Assembly: GCF_000253055.1 (NCBI RefSeq)
Contig: NC_016070.1
Location: 30,001-62,000 of the forward strand
DNA from: Thermoproteus tenax Kra 1
GTDB taxonomy: Archaea; Thermoproteota; Thermoprotei; Thermoproteales; Thermoproteaceae
Reading direction: 5' to 3'
DNA: 32,000 nucleotides
Below, in pieces: positions 9,637 through 19,094 of the stretch. The translations under genes were made by a program, and so were the position numbers. Position 1 is the stretch's first letter. Every line of letters begins with the position of its first letter. Under the pieces are notes generated by a model, which did no database searches, was not told where the DNA came from, and was given only the letters and a program-made list of their open reading frames with translations.

Positions 9637-10716
9637 TCAGTCGGCGCCTCGCAACGTCGCTGTTGCAGATATAAGGGCCAACGCCGATAAGATCGCCCAG
9701 GGGATGGCGGGGTTCAGCTCCATAGTATATGAGAAGACGTAGCTGAAACCCATGCCTAAGGACATATCGATGACGTTGATCACAGCCAAGGCGGCCGACG
9801 GATTGCCCAACTTGGCGCCCATCGCATAGATAGATGTAATATAGACAGTGTAGCCTAGCCCATAGGAGAAGACTAATAGCGGCGAGATCTCGGCTGGCGC
9901 GAGCGGCAACGCGGCCATTGCAACGGCTGTGAGAAACGCCGAGTAGAACGGGACGGCGCGTTTGTTTCTCACTCTATCGTATATAGACCCCAACATGCCT
10001 CCCAGAAGGCCGGAGGCCATAGTCGCCGATGATATGGCGCCGGCCGCCGAGGCGGGTACCCCTCTGTAGAAGTGTAGCCAAGTGGCGGTCAGACTGTTGG
10101 CGGCATAGGCGGCGCCCCATATGGGAAAGGAGGCCAAGCCCAACTTGGCGGCTCTCCACGAGAGAGACGCTGATGATCTGAGCCCCGGCTCTTTAATCAG
10201 AGGCGCGGACATAGCGACCGCGAGGAGGGCAGGCGCAAGAGCGGCGGCCCTCCAACCCAAAAGGTGCGCCGCATACCCCCAGTAATAGCCGGCAAACGCT
10301 CCTATGTTGAAAGAGGCGTTATACCAACCTAGGGCAGAGCCGGCTGATCTAGGTCTCAAGGCCACTAGGGCGGCGCCGGCGGTCGAAAAGAAGAGTCCGG
10401 CGCCTACGCCGGATATCGCTCTGAACGCCAAAGCGGTCCACCAATTCGGCGAAGTGGCGACAAGGGAGGATCCTATGCCCAGCGTGAAGAGCCCGAGCCC
10501 CGCCGTTCTGATATCGCCTATCTTAGAGCCTATCCAACTTGCAGGTATCTGGGCCGCCGCTGCGCCAATTATAAAGAAGGCCGGCATGAGACCCGACTCT
10601 GAGGGCGGCACAGAGAAGTCTTGTATCATCGCCGGCAACAACGGAGCTAAATAGAACCACATCAAGGCGTACACGGCCCTGGCTGCGAGAATATAGGCGA
10701 ACATATTGAGGCGCAC
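9637..10716 (-). CDS. MFS transporter
   Basis: About 12 hydrophobic segments, GSKIGDIRTAGLGLFTLGIGSS and GGMLGSIYDRVRNKR loops typical of MFS. Confidence 0.85.
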   Translation of the reverse strand: MRLNMFAYILAARAVYALMWFYLAPLLPAMIQDFSVPPSESGLMPAFFIIGAAAAQIPASWIGSKIGDIRTAGLGLFTLGIGSSLVATSPNWWTALAFRAISGVGAGLFFSTAGAALVALRPRSAGSALGWYNASFNIGAFAGYYWGYAAHLLGWRAAALAPALLAVAMSAPLIKEPGLRSSASLSWRAAKLGLASFPIWGAAYAANSLTATWLHFYRGVPASAAGAISSATMASGLLGGMLGSIYDRVRNKRAVPFYSAFLTAVAMAALPLAPAEISPLLVFSYGLGYTVYITSIYAMGAKLGNPSAALAVINVIDMSLGMGFSYVFSYTMELNPAIPWAILSALALISATATLRGAD

Positions 10717-10817
10717 TGCCCTGACGATCGCAAGTCTATTTAAAGCTCTACGGCGCGCCCACAGCGGAAGACGGCCTCAAGCTGGTTCTGATCGTACTAC
10801 GGAGAGGAGGGCCGGCA

Positions 10818-10937
10818 TGCGGCGGCCGGGATTTGAACCCGGGATCAACGGCTCACTGCGCCGATGGTGCGGCCTGGCAGGCCGCCATCCTACTCTGGGG
10901 GCTTTTGGCCGCCCTAACCAGGCTAGACTACCGCCGC
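10818..10937 (-). tRNA. tRNA-Gly(GCC) with two introns (D arm, 23 nt; anticodon loop 37/38, 21 nt)
   Basis: Acceptor GCGGCGG/CCGCCGC, T arm CCGGG-TTCAAAT-CCCGG, mature anticodon arm GCGGC-CTGCCAA-GCCGT. Canonical intron at 10854-10874 has BHB CUGC/GCAG; D-arm intron at about 10893-10915 has CUGG/CCAG central helix and GGG/CCC inner helix. TATA-like ATTTTTAAG region about 26 nt upstream. Confidence 0.9.
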
Positions 10938-10943
10938 CTATGG

Positions 10944-11921
10944 TCAGGTCAATCGATAATTTTTAAGTTTTTCTTCCACGAGGCGCCACACGACGACTCC
11001 GCCCTCCTCCCTCCCCTCTGCAACTCCCTCGAACTCGAGGTGCACTAGGTGGGACAAAGTCTCGCCTACGGCGAAGAACTTGTTATAGACATCCAGAGAG
11101 TCGAACTGACCTATGTCCCAACTGACTTCCCTGGCGACCTCGAAGGCCGTCTTGGGCCCCCTCGTCAGTATCTCCGCCACTTCGGCGAGTCTCTCTCTGT
11201 GGTGCTCCAGAATCTCGTCGATCCTCTTGTCCAGATCTTGTATAGGGTCGCCGTGCGCCGGATAGCCCATCGCCCCCAACCCTCTCACTTTGGCTAGGCT
11301 CTTGAGATAGTCGCCCAACGGGTCGTAGCCCTCGATCTTAACCCAATAGGAGATATTAGGCGTGATTTTGGGCAATATATGGTCGCCGGTGAACGCGGCG
11401 GCGCCCCTGACATAGACGGTGTGGCCCGGAGTATGACCCGGCGTCCACACAGCCCTTAGTCCACAGGGCAGACTCTCGCCGTCTCTCACAGGAATCCAGG
11501 GGAGCTGCCACACGTCTTCGAAGGCCTTTCTGAATCTGACCATAGGCGCCACCTTCTTCACTTCTTCGAGGAAGGCCTTGGGAGCGCCATGCCTCTCGAA
11601 CTCCTCGAAGAGGCCTCGCAGGAAGCCGTCGAAGTTAGAGCCTATTGAGAGCTCGCGCTCCCCTATGTAGTACTCGGCCTCAGTGATCTGCGACAGAAGG
11701 GACAGCAGAGTTATATGGTCTGCATGGTAGTGTGTGACGAAGACCCTCGTTATATCCTGGGGTCGGGCTCCAAGCTCTCTGAGCCCCCTCAAGAGGCCCA
11801 CCGCGCCATCGTAGGTGGCGAGCCCGACATCTATTAGGGCAAGGCCGTCCTCGCACTCCACAAGATAGGAGTTCACATGGCCGAGCTCCATGCCTGGGAG
11901 GGGCACTCTGATCCTCCTCAT
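10944..11921 (-). CDS. Metallo-beta-lactamase fold hydrolase
   Basis: VFVTHYHADHITLLSLL, WTPGHTPGHTVYVRGAAAFTGDHIL, MGYPAHGDPI. Confidence 0.9.
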   Translation of the reverse strand: MRRIRVPLPGMELGHVNSYLVECEDGLALIDVGLATYDGAVGLLRGLRELGARPQDITRVFVTHYHADHITLLSLLSQITEAEYYIGERELSIGSNFDGFLRGLFEEFERHGAPKAFLEEVKKVAPMVRFRKAFEDVWQLPWIPVRDGESLPCGLRAVWTPGHTPGHTVYVRGAAAFTGDHILPKITPNISYWVKIEGYDPLGDYLKSLAKVRGLGAMGYPAHGDPIQDLDKRIDEILEHHRERLAEVAEILTRGPKTAFEVAREVSWDIGQFDSLDVYNKFFAVGETLSHLVHLEFEGVAEGREEGGVVVWRLVEEKLKNYRLT

Positions 11922-12140
11922 GGCACAATAATCACTTTATTAATTAATACAGTTTAGGACTGTCGAGGCCCTCATCTTTATTATAAAAATTTATTGATTA
12001 TCTTCATTAATATAATAATTTTTTATTAATGTTTTAAATTAATTTTTGTATTTTTAATATAAATTTATTTTTTGTAAATTCAATAATATTTTTTAAAAAT
12101 ATCTAAGAGAAAAATTAAATATAATGTTCACTTAGCTTAT

Positions 12141-12872
12141 ATGCCACACCTCTCTCCTGAGGCTGTTTTGATTTTGACCAGTCTGTTATTGGCTCAGACT
12201 AGGCTACGCTCAAGGGTCTCGCTATACCAACTAGCTAGGAGCACCAGCTTGAGCATGGCTACAGTATATAGAAAGGCGGCGGAGCTATCCAGACTTGGTC
12301 TCTTGCTAAAGTTAGGCAGAGGATCCTACGTGATAACTCCCAGAGGCTCATTCTATCTGGCCACAATCGCGCTTGAGGATGGCAAGCCTGAGCAAGTGCT
12401 CCGAGCGGCCGTGGCGAGGTTGAAGAACGATTGGGGGTTGGAGGAGTTCACAGATGAAGAGGTCGAGGCCTACGTAAGGCTCGTGTCGATTGGTCTCCAA
12501 AAGCTCGGCAGACCTCCCCTGGGCTTCTGCGCCGATGACTTCGGAAGGACCGTGCAAGTCTTGTTGCCTCCCAAGTTCTCCGGCTACGATGTGGTGGATA
12601 TGATAGCTCAGCATTTGGGGGTACCAACCGAGATGGTGAAGAGGGCCGAGCGCGTGATCGCTAAAGCTATTCTGGAGTTCTTTCCGTCCATTAGGCTCCC
12701 AGACGGCTGTAGAAGCGTAGTCATTCCGCATGGAGAGTACGGGCTCAAGTTGACGCCTCTAGCTGCATACTGCCGCGCGAGTGGGTACACTCTGGGTCTC
12801 AAATGTACTTACGGCCGCGTAGCTCTGATGCGAATTTTTCAGAAAGATGAAAATAAAGGTAATATAACATAG
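12141..12872 (+). CDS. HTH transcriptional regulator-like protein
   Basis: N-terminal winged-helix-like segment VSLYQLARSTSLSMATVYRKAAELSRLGLLLKLGRGSYVITPRGSFYL; same strand, just upstream of the molybdoenzyme module. Confidence 0.72.
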   Translation: MPHLSPEAVLILTSLLLAQTRLRSRVSLYQLARSTSLSMATVYRKAAELSRLGLLLKLGRGSYVITPRGSFYLATIALEDGKPEQVLRAAVARLKNDWGLEEFTDEEVEAYVRLVSIGLQKLGRPPLGFCADDFGRTVQVLLPPKFSGYDVVDMIAQHLGVPTEMVKRAERVIAKAILEFFPSIRLPDGCRSVVIPHGEYGLKLTPLAAYCRASGYTLGLKCTYGRVALMRIFQKDENKGNIT

Positions 12873-12941
12873 GAGAAGACCCCCTCTTTTTTCGCTAAAC
12901 AAGAGAACAAGTTTAATCTTGCTGCATAAGTACAGTAGTTC

Positions 12942-13946
12942 ATGTCTCAAACCTGGCCTGTGAGCTGGAGCGGTTGGGGGCCGTATATGCCGCCTGACTT
13001 TGAGATGATATGGGGCTGGCGCATCGCTGCGGCTGTGTTCTTCACCGCGCTTGGCGCAATGTCCATGTTGTTAGCCGCGTTCTATGAGATGAGGAAGATC
13101 AAGGGGCTGGCCACCAAGTACGGCATGTTGGCCGGCTGGGTCTTTATCATCATAGCGCTGGCCTTCTTCGTGATAGACCTGGGCAGGCCCGACAGAGCAG
13201 GCAATATAATCTTTATAGGTTGGCCCAACGGCAGACTGGCGCAGTCGTGGATGGACTGGGGAGTTATGTTCCTGGGAGGCATGTTCTTATGGGGCCTTAT
13301 ATATCTGGCGTCGCAGTTCGTTAAGGCCTTCCAGAGGCCGATACTTATGTCGGCGCTATACTTCCTAATTATTATAACCGCCGTGTTGTCAACTGTATAC
13401 ACTGCATTTCTATTCTCTGCTGCTGGCGGTAAGTCGTATTGGTGGAACGGCTCTCTGCCGTTGCTGTGGCTGTCCTCGGGCCTCGGCTATGGCGCCGCGT
13501 TCATGCTTCTGCTGGCTCGCTTCGTGAAGCTAGAGAGGGGGTCTGACTTGGCTAAACTGAGGCACTTTATACACGAGCTGAGCTGGATCGATCTACTCGC
13601 CGTCATCTTTGAGGCGTTCGCATGGATCATATTCTTGAGCGTGGCGTACGCCAACCATATGGAGACGAGAATCCCGCTGACGCAACTGTTGTTTGTCAAT
13701 TATGCGCCCTACTTCTGGGGCTTCGTTGTAACTCTTGGCATTGCTATCCCCCTACTGCTGGAGATAGCGCTTATGAGGACGGACCCCTTGGGCAAATTCG
13801 CCGCGTACGCTGTGCCCATAATATTTCTGGCAGTCATGATAGGAGGATATACTCTGAGATATATCGTCGTGGCTACAGCGTATTACTACAGCCCGTTCAC
13901 CCCATTGACAGAAGCAGTTAGCCAGTGGGGGCCATGGTGGTCGTAG
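12942..13946 (+). CDS. NrfD/PsrC-type membrane subunit (polysulfide/tetrathionate reductase type)
   Basis: Multi-pass membrane protein with WGWRIAAAVFFTALGAMSMLLAAFYE and FFVIDLGRPDRAGNIIF, followed immediately by molybdopterin and Fe-S subunits. Confidence 0.9.
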   Translation: MSQTWPVSWSGWGPYMPPDFEMIWGWRIAAAVFFTALGAMSMLLAAFYEMRKIKGLATKYGMLAGWVFIIIALAFFVIDLGRPDRAGNIIFIGWPNGRLAQSWMDWGVMFLGGMFLWGLIYLASQFVKAFQRPILMSALYFLIIITAVLSTVYTAFLFSAAGGKSYWWNGSLPLLWLSSGLGYGAAFMLLLARFVKLERGSDLAKLRHFIHELSWIDLLAVIFEAFAWIIFLSVAYANHMETRIPLTQLLFVNYAPYFWGFVVTLGIAIPLLLEIALMRTDPLGKFAAYAVPIIFLAVMIGGYTLRYIVVATAYYYSPFTPLTEAVSQWGPWWS

Positions 13947-16900
13947 CAGCAAAGCTAACCAGGAGGGACTTCCTGAAGCTCGCCGCTGTCACGGGCACCG
14001 CCGTCGCCGTCGCGGCCACAATCAGCAAGGAGCAGTTCATATTCAATAAGCTGTTCAAAGAGGGGGGCAAGCTGGAGGCTGCAGCGGGGGACGTCGTGGC
14101 CTTTACGACTTGTTACGGCTGTTTGGGCAGATGTAACGTCCAAGTGACGATAAGCCCGAACAGATTGCCCAGATATATAGCTGGATCGATCTATACCAGA
14201 AATGAGGGCGCCACGTGCGCTATAGGGGCATCTACTATGATGCACTATCTGAGCCCTGGACGTCTAAGGTCGCCTCTATTGAGAGTGCCCACGAGCGAGA
14301 GATGTACGGGGGACTTCATAGAGATAACCTACGACGATATGCTCGACATACTTGTGAACGGAGATGACGCAGCCATTCTGAAGGAGAGGGGCTGGAAATA
14401 TGGGTTCTTGGGCATGAAGAAGATAAACCAGTGCTGCCCCGAGAAGTTCACATATTTCACAGGCAGAGACCAGTATAATCCCGCCGAGAACACTTGGTTC
14501 GCTGCAATGTTCGGCTCTCCGAACCAAGGCGGCCACGGAGGCTTCTGCGCGACTAATATCGCATCTGGCGGCTCCTATATACTGGGAGGCACTTGGTGGG
14601 AGTACGGCGGCTGGGACTCCAAATATATAAAGATATTAATCCTTGCGGGTGTAACTCAAGATCACTTCCCAACTATAATAAGAAGAGAAATAACTAAAGT
14701 TAAGGAACGCGGCGGCATGATTATCTATATGTCCCCCGAGAGGATAGGCAATTTCGGTCAAGTGGCCGACGAATGGTTGCCTGTGATGCCCGGCACCGAT
14801 GGCGCCGTTGTCTGGTCAATAATCCACGAGCTTATATCGGCTTGGAAGAACGGAACTAAGGCCATCGACGAGGAGTACCTCAAGTGGTACACCAACGCTC
14901 CGTGGTTGGTGATAACTAACCCCGACTACTCAATTAATCCGCCTCAAGCTCCCAACACCGGCTTGTTCCTCAGAGTCAAGAACAAGAACGGCGACTGGGT
15001 GCCTGCTGTCATGGGCTCGGACGGGAATCTCTATCCGTTCACCGACGTGCCGTGGCAGAGCGGCGTGTCGCCCGTCTTGGAGTACCGCGGAACTGTCACA
15101 GTCCCCAAGGGGCCTGACACGAGCGACACAGTGACCGTTAACGTTAGGACTGTCTTCACACTGATAGAGGACGAGGCGCTCAAGACGGACTGGACGCCGG
15201 AGAACGTAGAGAAGATAGCCGGCACACCTGCCTATAAGATAAGGGAGTTGGCCCATAAGATAATCGATATATTAAACAACGGCAGAGCCGTAGTACCCGC
15301 CAAATGGACCGACTATCTCGGCAGAGAGCACAATTACTTCATCGGTACGCCGGTCTCAGCGTATATCATGAGGGGAATATCGGCACACACAAACGGCTTC
15401 CAGACCACTAGGGCGTTTGCGCTATTGTTGTCCTTAATTGGCGCCGTGGATACGCCCGGCGGCTGGATGTATAAACCGCCCGCGCCGTGGCCTATACCAG
15501 ACGGCGACTATTGGCCGCCCTATATCACTCCGCCGGACCCCAGAATGAGAGTGACCGCCGATGATTACGCCGCGAATCCCTCCATGTTCACGGGACCCAA
15601 CGGCGAGAAGCTAATAGGAGCTATCGGAGGCACTATGATAACCGAGAGGGTTCTCAACGATGGGACTGTGCAAGTGACTCACGTGTACAAGGTACCGTAT
15701 CCTAAGGCTATCCAAGTAACAACCAAAGTCATAAACTATACTCCCGACAACGTAGTTGTTGACGACAATGGCCATCCGCTGTTGATCGACCGCGCCTTTA
15801 GTTGGGAGTTCCCATTTGCCCTCCACAGAGTGTGGACTGCTGTGAACATCGATGCCGGCCTTGAGTGGCCCTACAGGTTGGAGTTTCTATTGTGGCACAT
15901 AACTAACCCGTATTGGGACAACGCCTACGACATAGACAAAGACCTAGGGCTTCTGACGGCGAAGGACTCCGATGGAAGGTACAGAATACCCTTCGTAGCA
16001 ATAGTGGACACCTTCTATGGAGGCTCGGTGCCGTGCGTAGACCTAGTGATACCTGATACCACGTTCTTCGAGCGCTACGGCGAGCACAGTCTGTTGGACA
16101 GACCTACTAGCGCTGTCTACGGGCCAGCCGACAATATAGAGTGGCCCATACTGCCGCCCTTGTTCAAAGAGGTAAAGCCTTGGAGCGATGGAGAGATCAT
16201 ACTGGGCACTAAGCTGGGCCTGCCGGGCTTTGTGGACGAGAACGGCAATCCGATGTATCCAAACTTGATGTACGACTGGCTCTGGAAGTTCCAGTATGCG
16301 CCGGGCATAGGCGTCCTATATATGGCTAGGGGGAAGGGCGGCACGTCTTGTTGCAAGGGAGAGCCCAACCCAGATCAGATCAAGATGTACGTATATCCAG
16401 GCTACATTCCGGCGTCCAACTACAGCGATCAGAAGACCTATCCTCCGCCCCAAAAGGTGCCCGTCACTAACGGAGTCTATCCGCCCGGCGTCAACCCTGG
16501 CACACAGACTGTGGGACACGCGTTCGGCTACTACGAGCTGCCGCTGGAGATAAGGTACTATCGCCATGTAAACAAGGGGTATCTCAATTGGGCCGCCAGC
16601 GTCGGCATGATGCCCTATGCAAAGCCTGTCATCATCCAGCTGTACTCCGAGATAATTCAGAAGTACAGGCTCGCCGCCTACGGCTTGTGGCAAGGCTACA
16701 ACGCCTACTACTACTATATGTACGAGAAAACTAAGGATCCGAAATATCTGGACTTAGCTAGGAAGAACGCGTCTCCGCCCAACGACTGGTGGGGCTCCCA
16801 TGTGGCCGATATAATCAAGAAGTTCTACGACCCCATACCCTCGTGGTATCCGCCGATCGACTGGCAAGCCTCAGACGGCTCGCCGCCGGACCAGTACCCG

Positions 16901-17644
16901 ATAGCGACTCTGAATAGAAAGACTACGCCGTGGTTCTACCACACGTGGGAGAACCACCATCCGTGGCTGAGGCAGTTAATACCGTACTCGGTCATATGGA
17001 TGAACCCGAAGACGGCGGCTCAGTACGGCATAAGGGATGGAGACTGGATCGAGCTGACGAGCAGAGGCGGCGAGGTCGCCAGAGGCCAAGTGAAGCTGAC
17101 GGAGGCCATTGCGCCGGGCGTCGTCGGCTATTGGAAGTCCAGAAACGCGAGGGCCGGCGCCTTCGGCATACCTCCCAACTCGCTCGAGGTCACCAAGGGC
17201 TTTATGTTCAACGACATATACGTGTACACAAGGCCAGAGAGCTTCGGAGGAGTGGCCAACTCTCAGTACACTGTGGATGGCTTGTTGGCGGCTGTGCAAC
17301 AAGGCAAATATCCCACGTTGAACCTAGATCCCTTCTCGGGCAAGACTGCGTGGGGCGATCTACGCGTGAAGATCGTAAGGATAGCCAACGACAAGCCCGA
17401 GTCGGCTTGGGGAAACGCCGATAGCATCTTGAAGACTCCGCCCAAGCTGATAGTGGGCTCCGAGGCGTGGTCTATAAGCGTGTTCAACTACAACGCTTAT
17501 CAGCAACCGAGCCAGATGGGAATAAGCTGGTATGAGGTCAACAGCGGTTGGTTGCAGTTCCAACAGACCATAGAGGGCAATATGGGCTACCAGTTCGACA
17601 AAGCTATACAGATAAAGAAGACAGGAAAAGCTGAGGGGGTGTAG
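13925..17644 (+). CDS. Molybdopterin oxidoreductase catalytic subunit (CISM family; substrate uncertain: polysulfide, thiosulfate, tetrathionate or similar)
   Basis: Tat signal LTRRDFLKLAAVTGTAVAVAA, [4Fe-4S] motif CYGCLGRC...C, and C-terminal molybdopterin dinucleotide-binding-like domain (WMNPKTAAQYGIRDGDWIELTSRGGEVARGQVKLTEAIAPGVV). ATG at 13934 is an alternative start. Confidence 0.93.
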   Translation: MGAMVVVAAKLTRRDFLKLAAVTGTAVAVAATISKEQFIFNKLFKEGGKLEAAAGDVVAFTTCYGCLGRCNVQVTISPNRLPRYIAGSIYTRNEGATCAIGASTMMHYLSPGRLRSPLLRVPTSERCTGDFIEITYDDMLDILVNGDDAAILKERGWKYGFLGMKKINQCCPEKFTYFTGRDQYNPAENTWFAAMFGSPNQGGHGGFCATNIASGGSYILGGTWWEYGGWDSKYIKILILAGVTQDHFPTIIRREITKVKERGGMIIYMSPERIGNFGQVADEWLPVMPGTDGAVVWSIIHELISAWKNGTKAIDEEYLKWYTNAPWLVITNPDYSINPPQAPNTGLFLRVKNKNGDWVPAVMGSDGNLYPFTDVPWQSGVSPVLEYRGTVTVPKGPDTSDTVTVNVRTVFTLIEDEALKTDWTPENVEKIAGTPAYKIRELAHKIIDILNNGRAVVPAKWTDYLGREHNYFIGTPVSAYIMRGISAHTNGFQTTRAFALLLSLIGAVDTPGGWMYKPPAPWPIPDGDYWPPYITPPDPRMRVTADDYAANPSMFTGPNGEKLIGAIGGTMITERVLNDGTVQVTHVYKVPYPKAIQVTTKVINYTPDNVVVDDNGHPLLIDRAFSWEFPFALHRVWTAVNIDAGLEWPYRLEFLLWHITNPYWDNAYDIDKDLGLLTAKDSDGRYRIPFVAIVDTFYGGSVPCVDLVIPDTTFFERYGEHSLLDRPTSAVYGPADNIEWPILPPLFKEVKPWSDGEIILGTKLGLPGFVDENGNPMYPNLMYDWLWKFQYAPGIGVLYMARGKGGTSCCKGEPNPDQIKMYVYPGYIPASNYSDQKTYPPPQKVPVTNGVYPPGVNPGTQTVGHAFGYYELPLEIRYYRHVNKGYLNWAASVGMMPYAKPVIIQLYSEIIQKYRLAAYGLWQGYNAYYYYMYEKTKDPKYLDLARKNASPPNDWWGSHVADIIKKFYDPIPSWYPPIDWQASDGSPPDQYPIATLNRKTTPWFYHTWENHHPWLRQLIPYSVIWMNPKTAAQYGIRDGDWIELTSRGGEVARGQVKLTEAIAPGVVGYWKSRNARAGAFGIPPNSLEVTKGFMFNDIYVYTRPESFGGVANSQYTVDGLLAAVQQGKYPTLNLDPFSGKTAWGDLRVKIVRIANDKPESAWGNADSILKTPPKLIVGSEAWSISVFNYNAYQQPSQMGISWYEVNSGWLQFQQTIEGNMGYQFDKAIQIKKTGKAEGV

Positions 17645-17646
17645 CC

Positions 17647-18447
17647 ATGGTCCAGCTGGCCATACTAACGGATCTGAGCAAGTGCTTTGGGTGCTCAGCG
17701 TGCATGTTGGCATGTAAGGAGTGGCACGCCAGCGGATGTTACGGCCCGATGACGGATTTGAACCCATGGGGACCTGAGCCAGGCAAAGGGCCGTGGTCTG
17801 TGTTCTTCCTGCGCGTACTACACGTAGAGGTCGGCGAATATCCAAACACCAAGACCTTCAGCGTGCCGATCAGCTGCTTCCACTGCAGAAACCCTGCGTG
17901 CACCACAGTCTGCCCCACTGGCGCCATATTCAAGAGGAAGGAGGACGGCGTTGTGGTAATTAACTATAACGTGTGCATCGGCTGTAGATACTGCGAGAAC
18001 GCGTGCCCCTACGGAAACATCACCTTCGACCCAGTGGAGGGCGTCTCAAAGAAGTGCACTCTGGCAATCGACCGTATATACGACGAGAGTCTGCCCGAGT
18101 ACGAGAGGATACCGCCATGCGTGAGGAACTGTCCCGCGGGCGCGAGGATATTCGGAGACATGGACGACCCCGACAGCATAATCTACAGAGAGGCCAAGAG
18201 ACGCGGCGCCGTCCCTATGGGGCCGGAGTTCGGCACAGATCCTCCGAGCCTCTACATAATGCCGGGCACTCCCGTCAATGTGGCCGGCCGCGACTACCAG
18301 TGGCCCTCTATGACTAAAGAGGAGGAGTTCGCAGTGAGGACGGGGGCAGCCGACGTTCCTAAAATACTGTCTAAACTCAAGGGCGTGAAGCCCACGGGAG
18401 GACACTGCGGTGGAGGAGTAGGCGGATCCACCGGCGAGGGACAATGA
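17647..18447 (+). CDS. 4Fe-4S ferredoxin-type electron-transfer subunit (PsrB/TtrB-like)
   Basis: CFGCSACMLACKEWH, CFHCRNPACTTVCPTGAIFKR, CIGCRYCENACPYGNI, CVRNCPAGARIFGD. Confidence 0.95.
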   Translation: MVQLAILTDLSKCFGCSACMLACKEWHASGCYGPMTDLNPWGPEPGKGPWSVFFLRVLHVEVGEYPNTKTFSVPISCFHCRNPACTTVCPTGAIFKRKEDGVVVINYNVCIGCRYCENACPYGNITFDPVEGVSKKCTLAIDRIYDESLPEYERIPPCVRNCPAGARIFGDMDDPDSIIYREAKRRGAVPMGPEFGTDPPSLYIMPGTPVNVAGRDYQWPSMTKEEEFAVRTGAADVPKILSKLKGVKPTGGHCGGGVGGSTGEGQ

Positions 18448-19094
18448 TGTTGCGCCTGTCCAAACAAATCTCCCTTTTTAGAGCTCTCCTCTACGACTTC
18501 CTCTCCTCTCTTTTTATCTATCCCTACAGGCTCTCCGACTACGAGGAGCTAGTCAAGTCGAAGCTAAGCGGCGTAAGGTCTGCCTCGCAGTCATTGGCCA
18601 AAATATACGACTTAAGGCACTTGGACTCCCTCCTCGCCTTAGCCGAGGGCGTTGACGACTACGGCGATCTCACGCCCATTGAGGTCGATATGACGAGAAT
18701 AGATTACGCAGTGCCGCCCTACGAGGGCTATCTCCACACCGGCTATCTGGACATGACAGTGGAAGACTCGGTGAAGAGATTCTACGCCGAATATGGAGCG
18801 GGTTTTGAGAGGCAGTTCAGAGATCTGCGGGCCGACCATATAGCGGTTGAGCTAGCCTTTATGTCCTATCTGGCCTTCAAAGAGCACGAGTCGGAGGATC
18901 CCTCTAGATATCTGGAGGGCGAGGAGCGCTTCTTGGTCAACCACTTGTTGACTTGGGTCCCCGTGTTCGTGAGAAGGGCCTTGAAACACGTGGATACGTC
19001 CTATATGAGGGAGGCCCTCCTGTTGACGAGGGAGGTTTTAACACAAGACAAAGATATAATATACGTCCTATTGCATGAGGATGAGGGTTCTTAG
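18444..19094 (+). CDS. TorD/DmsD-like molybdoenzyme chaperone
   Basis: Overlaps the Fe-S gene by ATGA; all-helical protein with RALLYDFLSSLFIYP, YAEYGAGF and HIAVELAFMSYLAFKE, typical of the TorD-like fold. Confidence 0.8.
   Translation: MMLRLSKQISLFRALLYDFLSSLFIYPYRLSDYEELVKSKLSGVRSASQSLAKIYDLRHLDSLLALAEGVDDYGDLTPIEVDMTRIDYAVPPYEGYLHTGYLDMTVEDSVKRFYAEYGAGFERQFRDLRADHIAVELAFMSYLAFKEHESEDPSRYLEGEERFLVNHLLTWVPVFVRRALKHVDTSYMREALLLTREVLTQDKDIIYVLLHEDEGS

Noticed and set aside
9440-9742. 100-aa plus-strand ORF between tRNA-Arg and the MFS gene.
   Set aside because: Overlaps the end of the MFS gene on the opposite strand, no recognisable family or promoter, alternative ORFs exist in other frames of the same gap.
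14276-17302. Many antisense ORFs of 70-180 aa opposite the molybdopterin gene and opposite carB, hydrogenase and others (e.g. 1132-1674, 16316-16693, 17360-17845).
   Set aside because: They lie opposite well-supported genes, have low-complexity Arg/Gly/Pro-rich composition and reflect the GC-rich codon bias of the real gene on the other strand.
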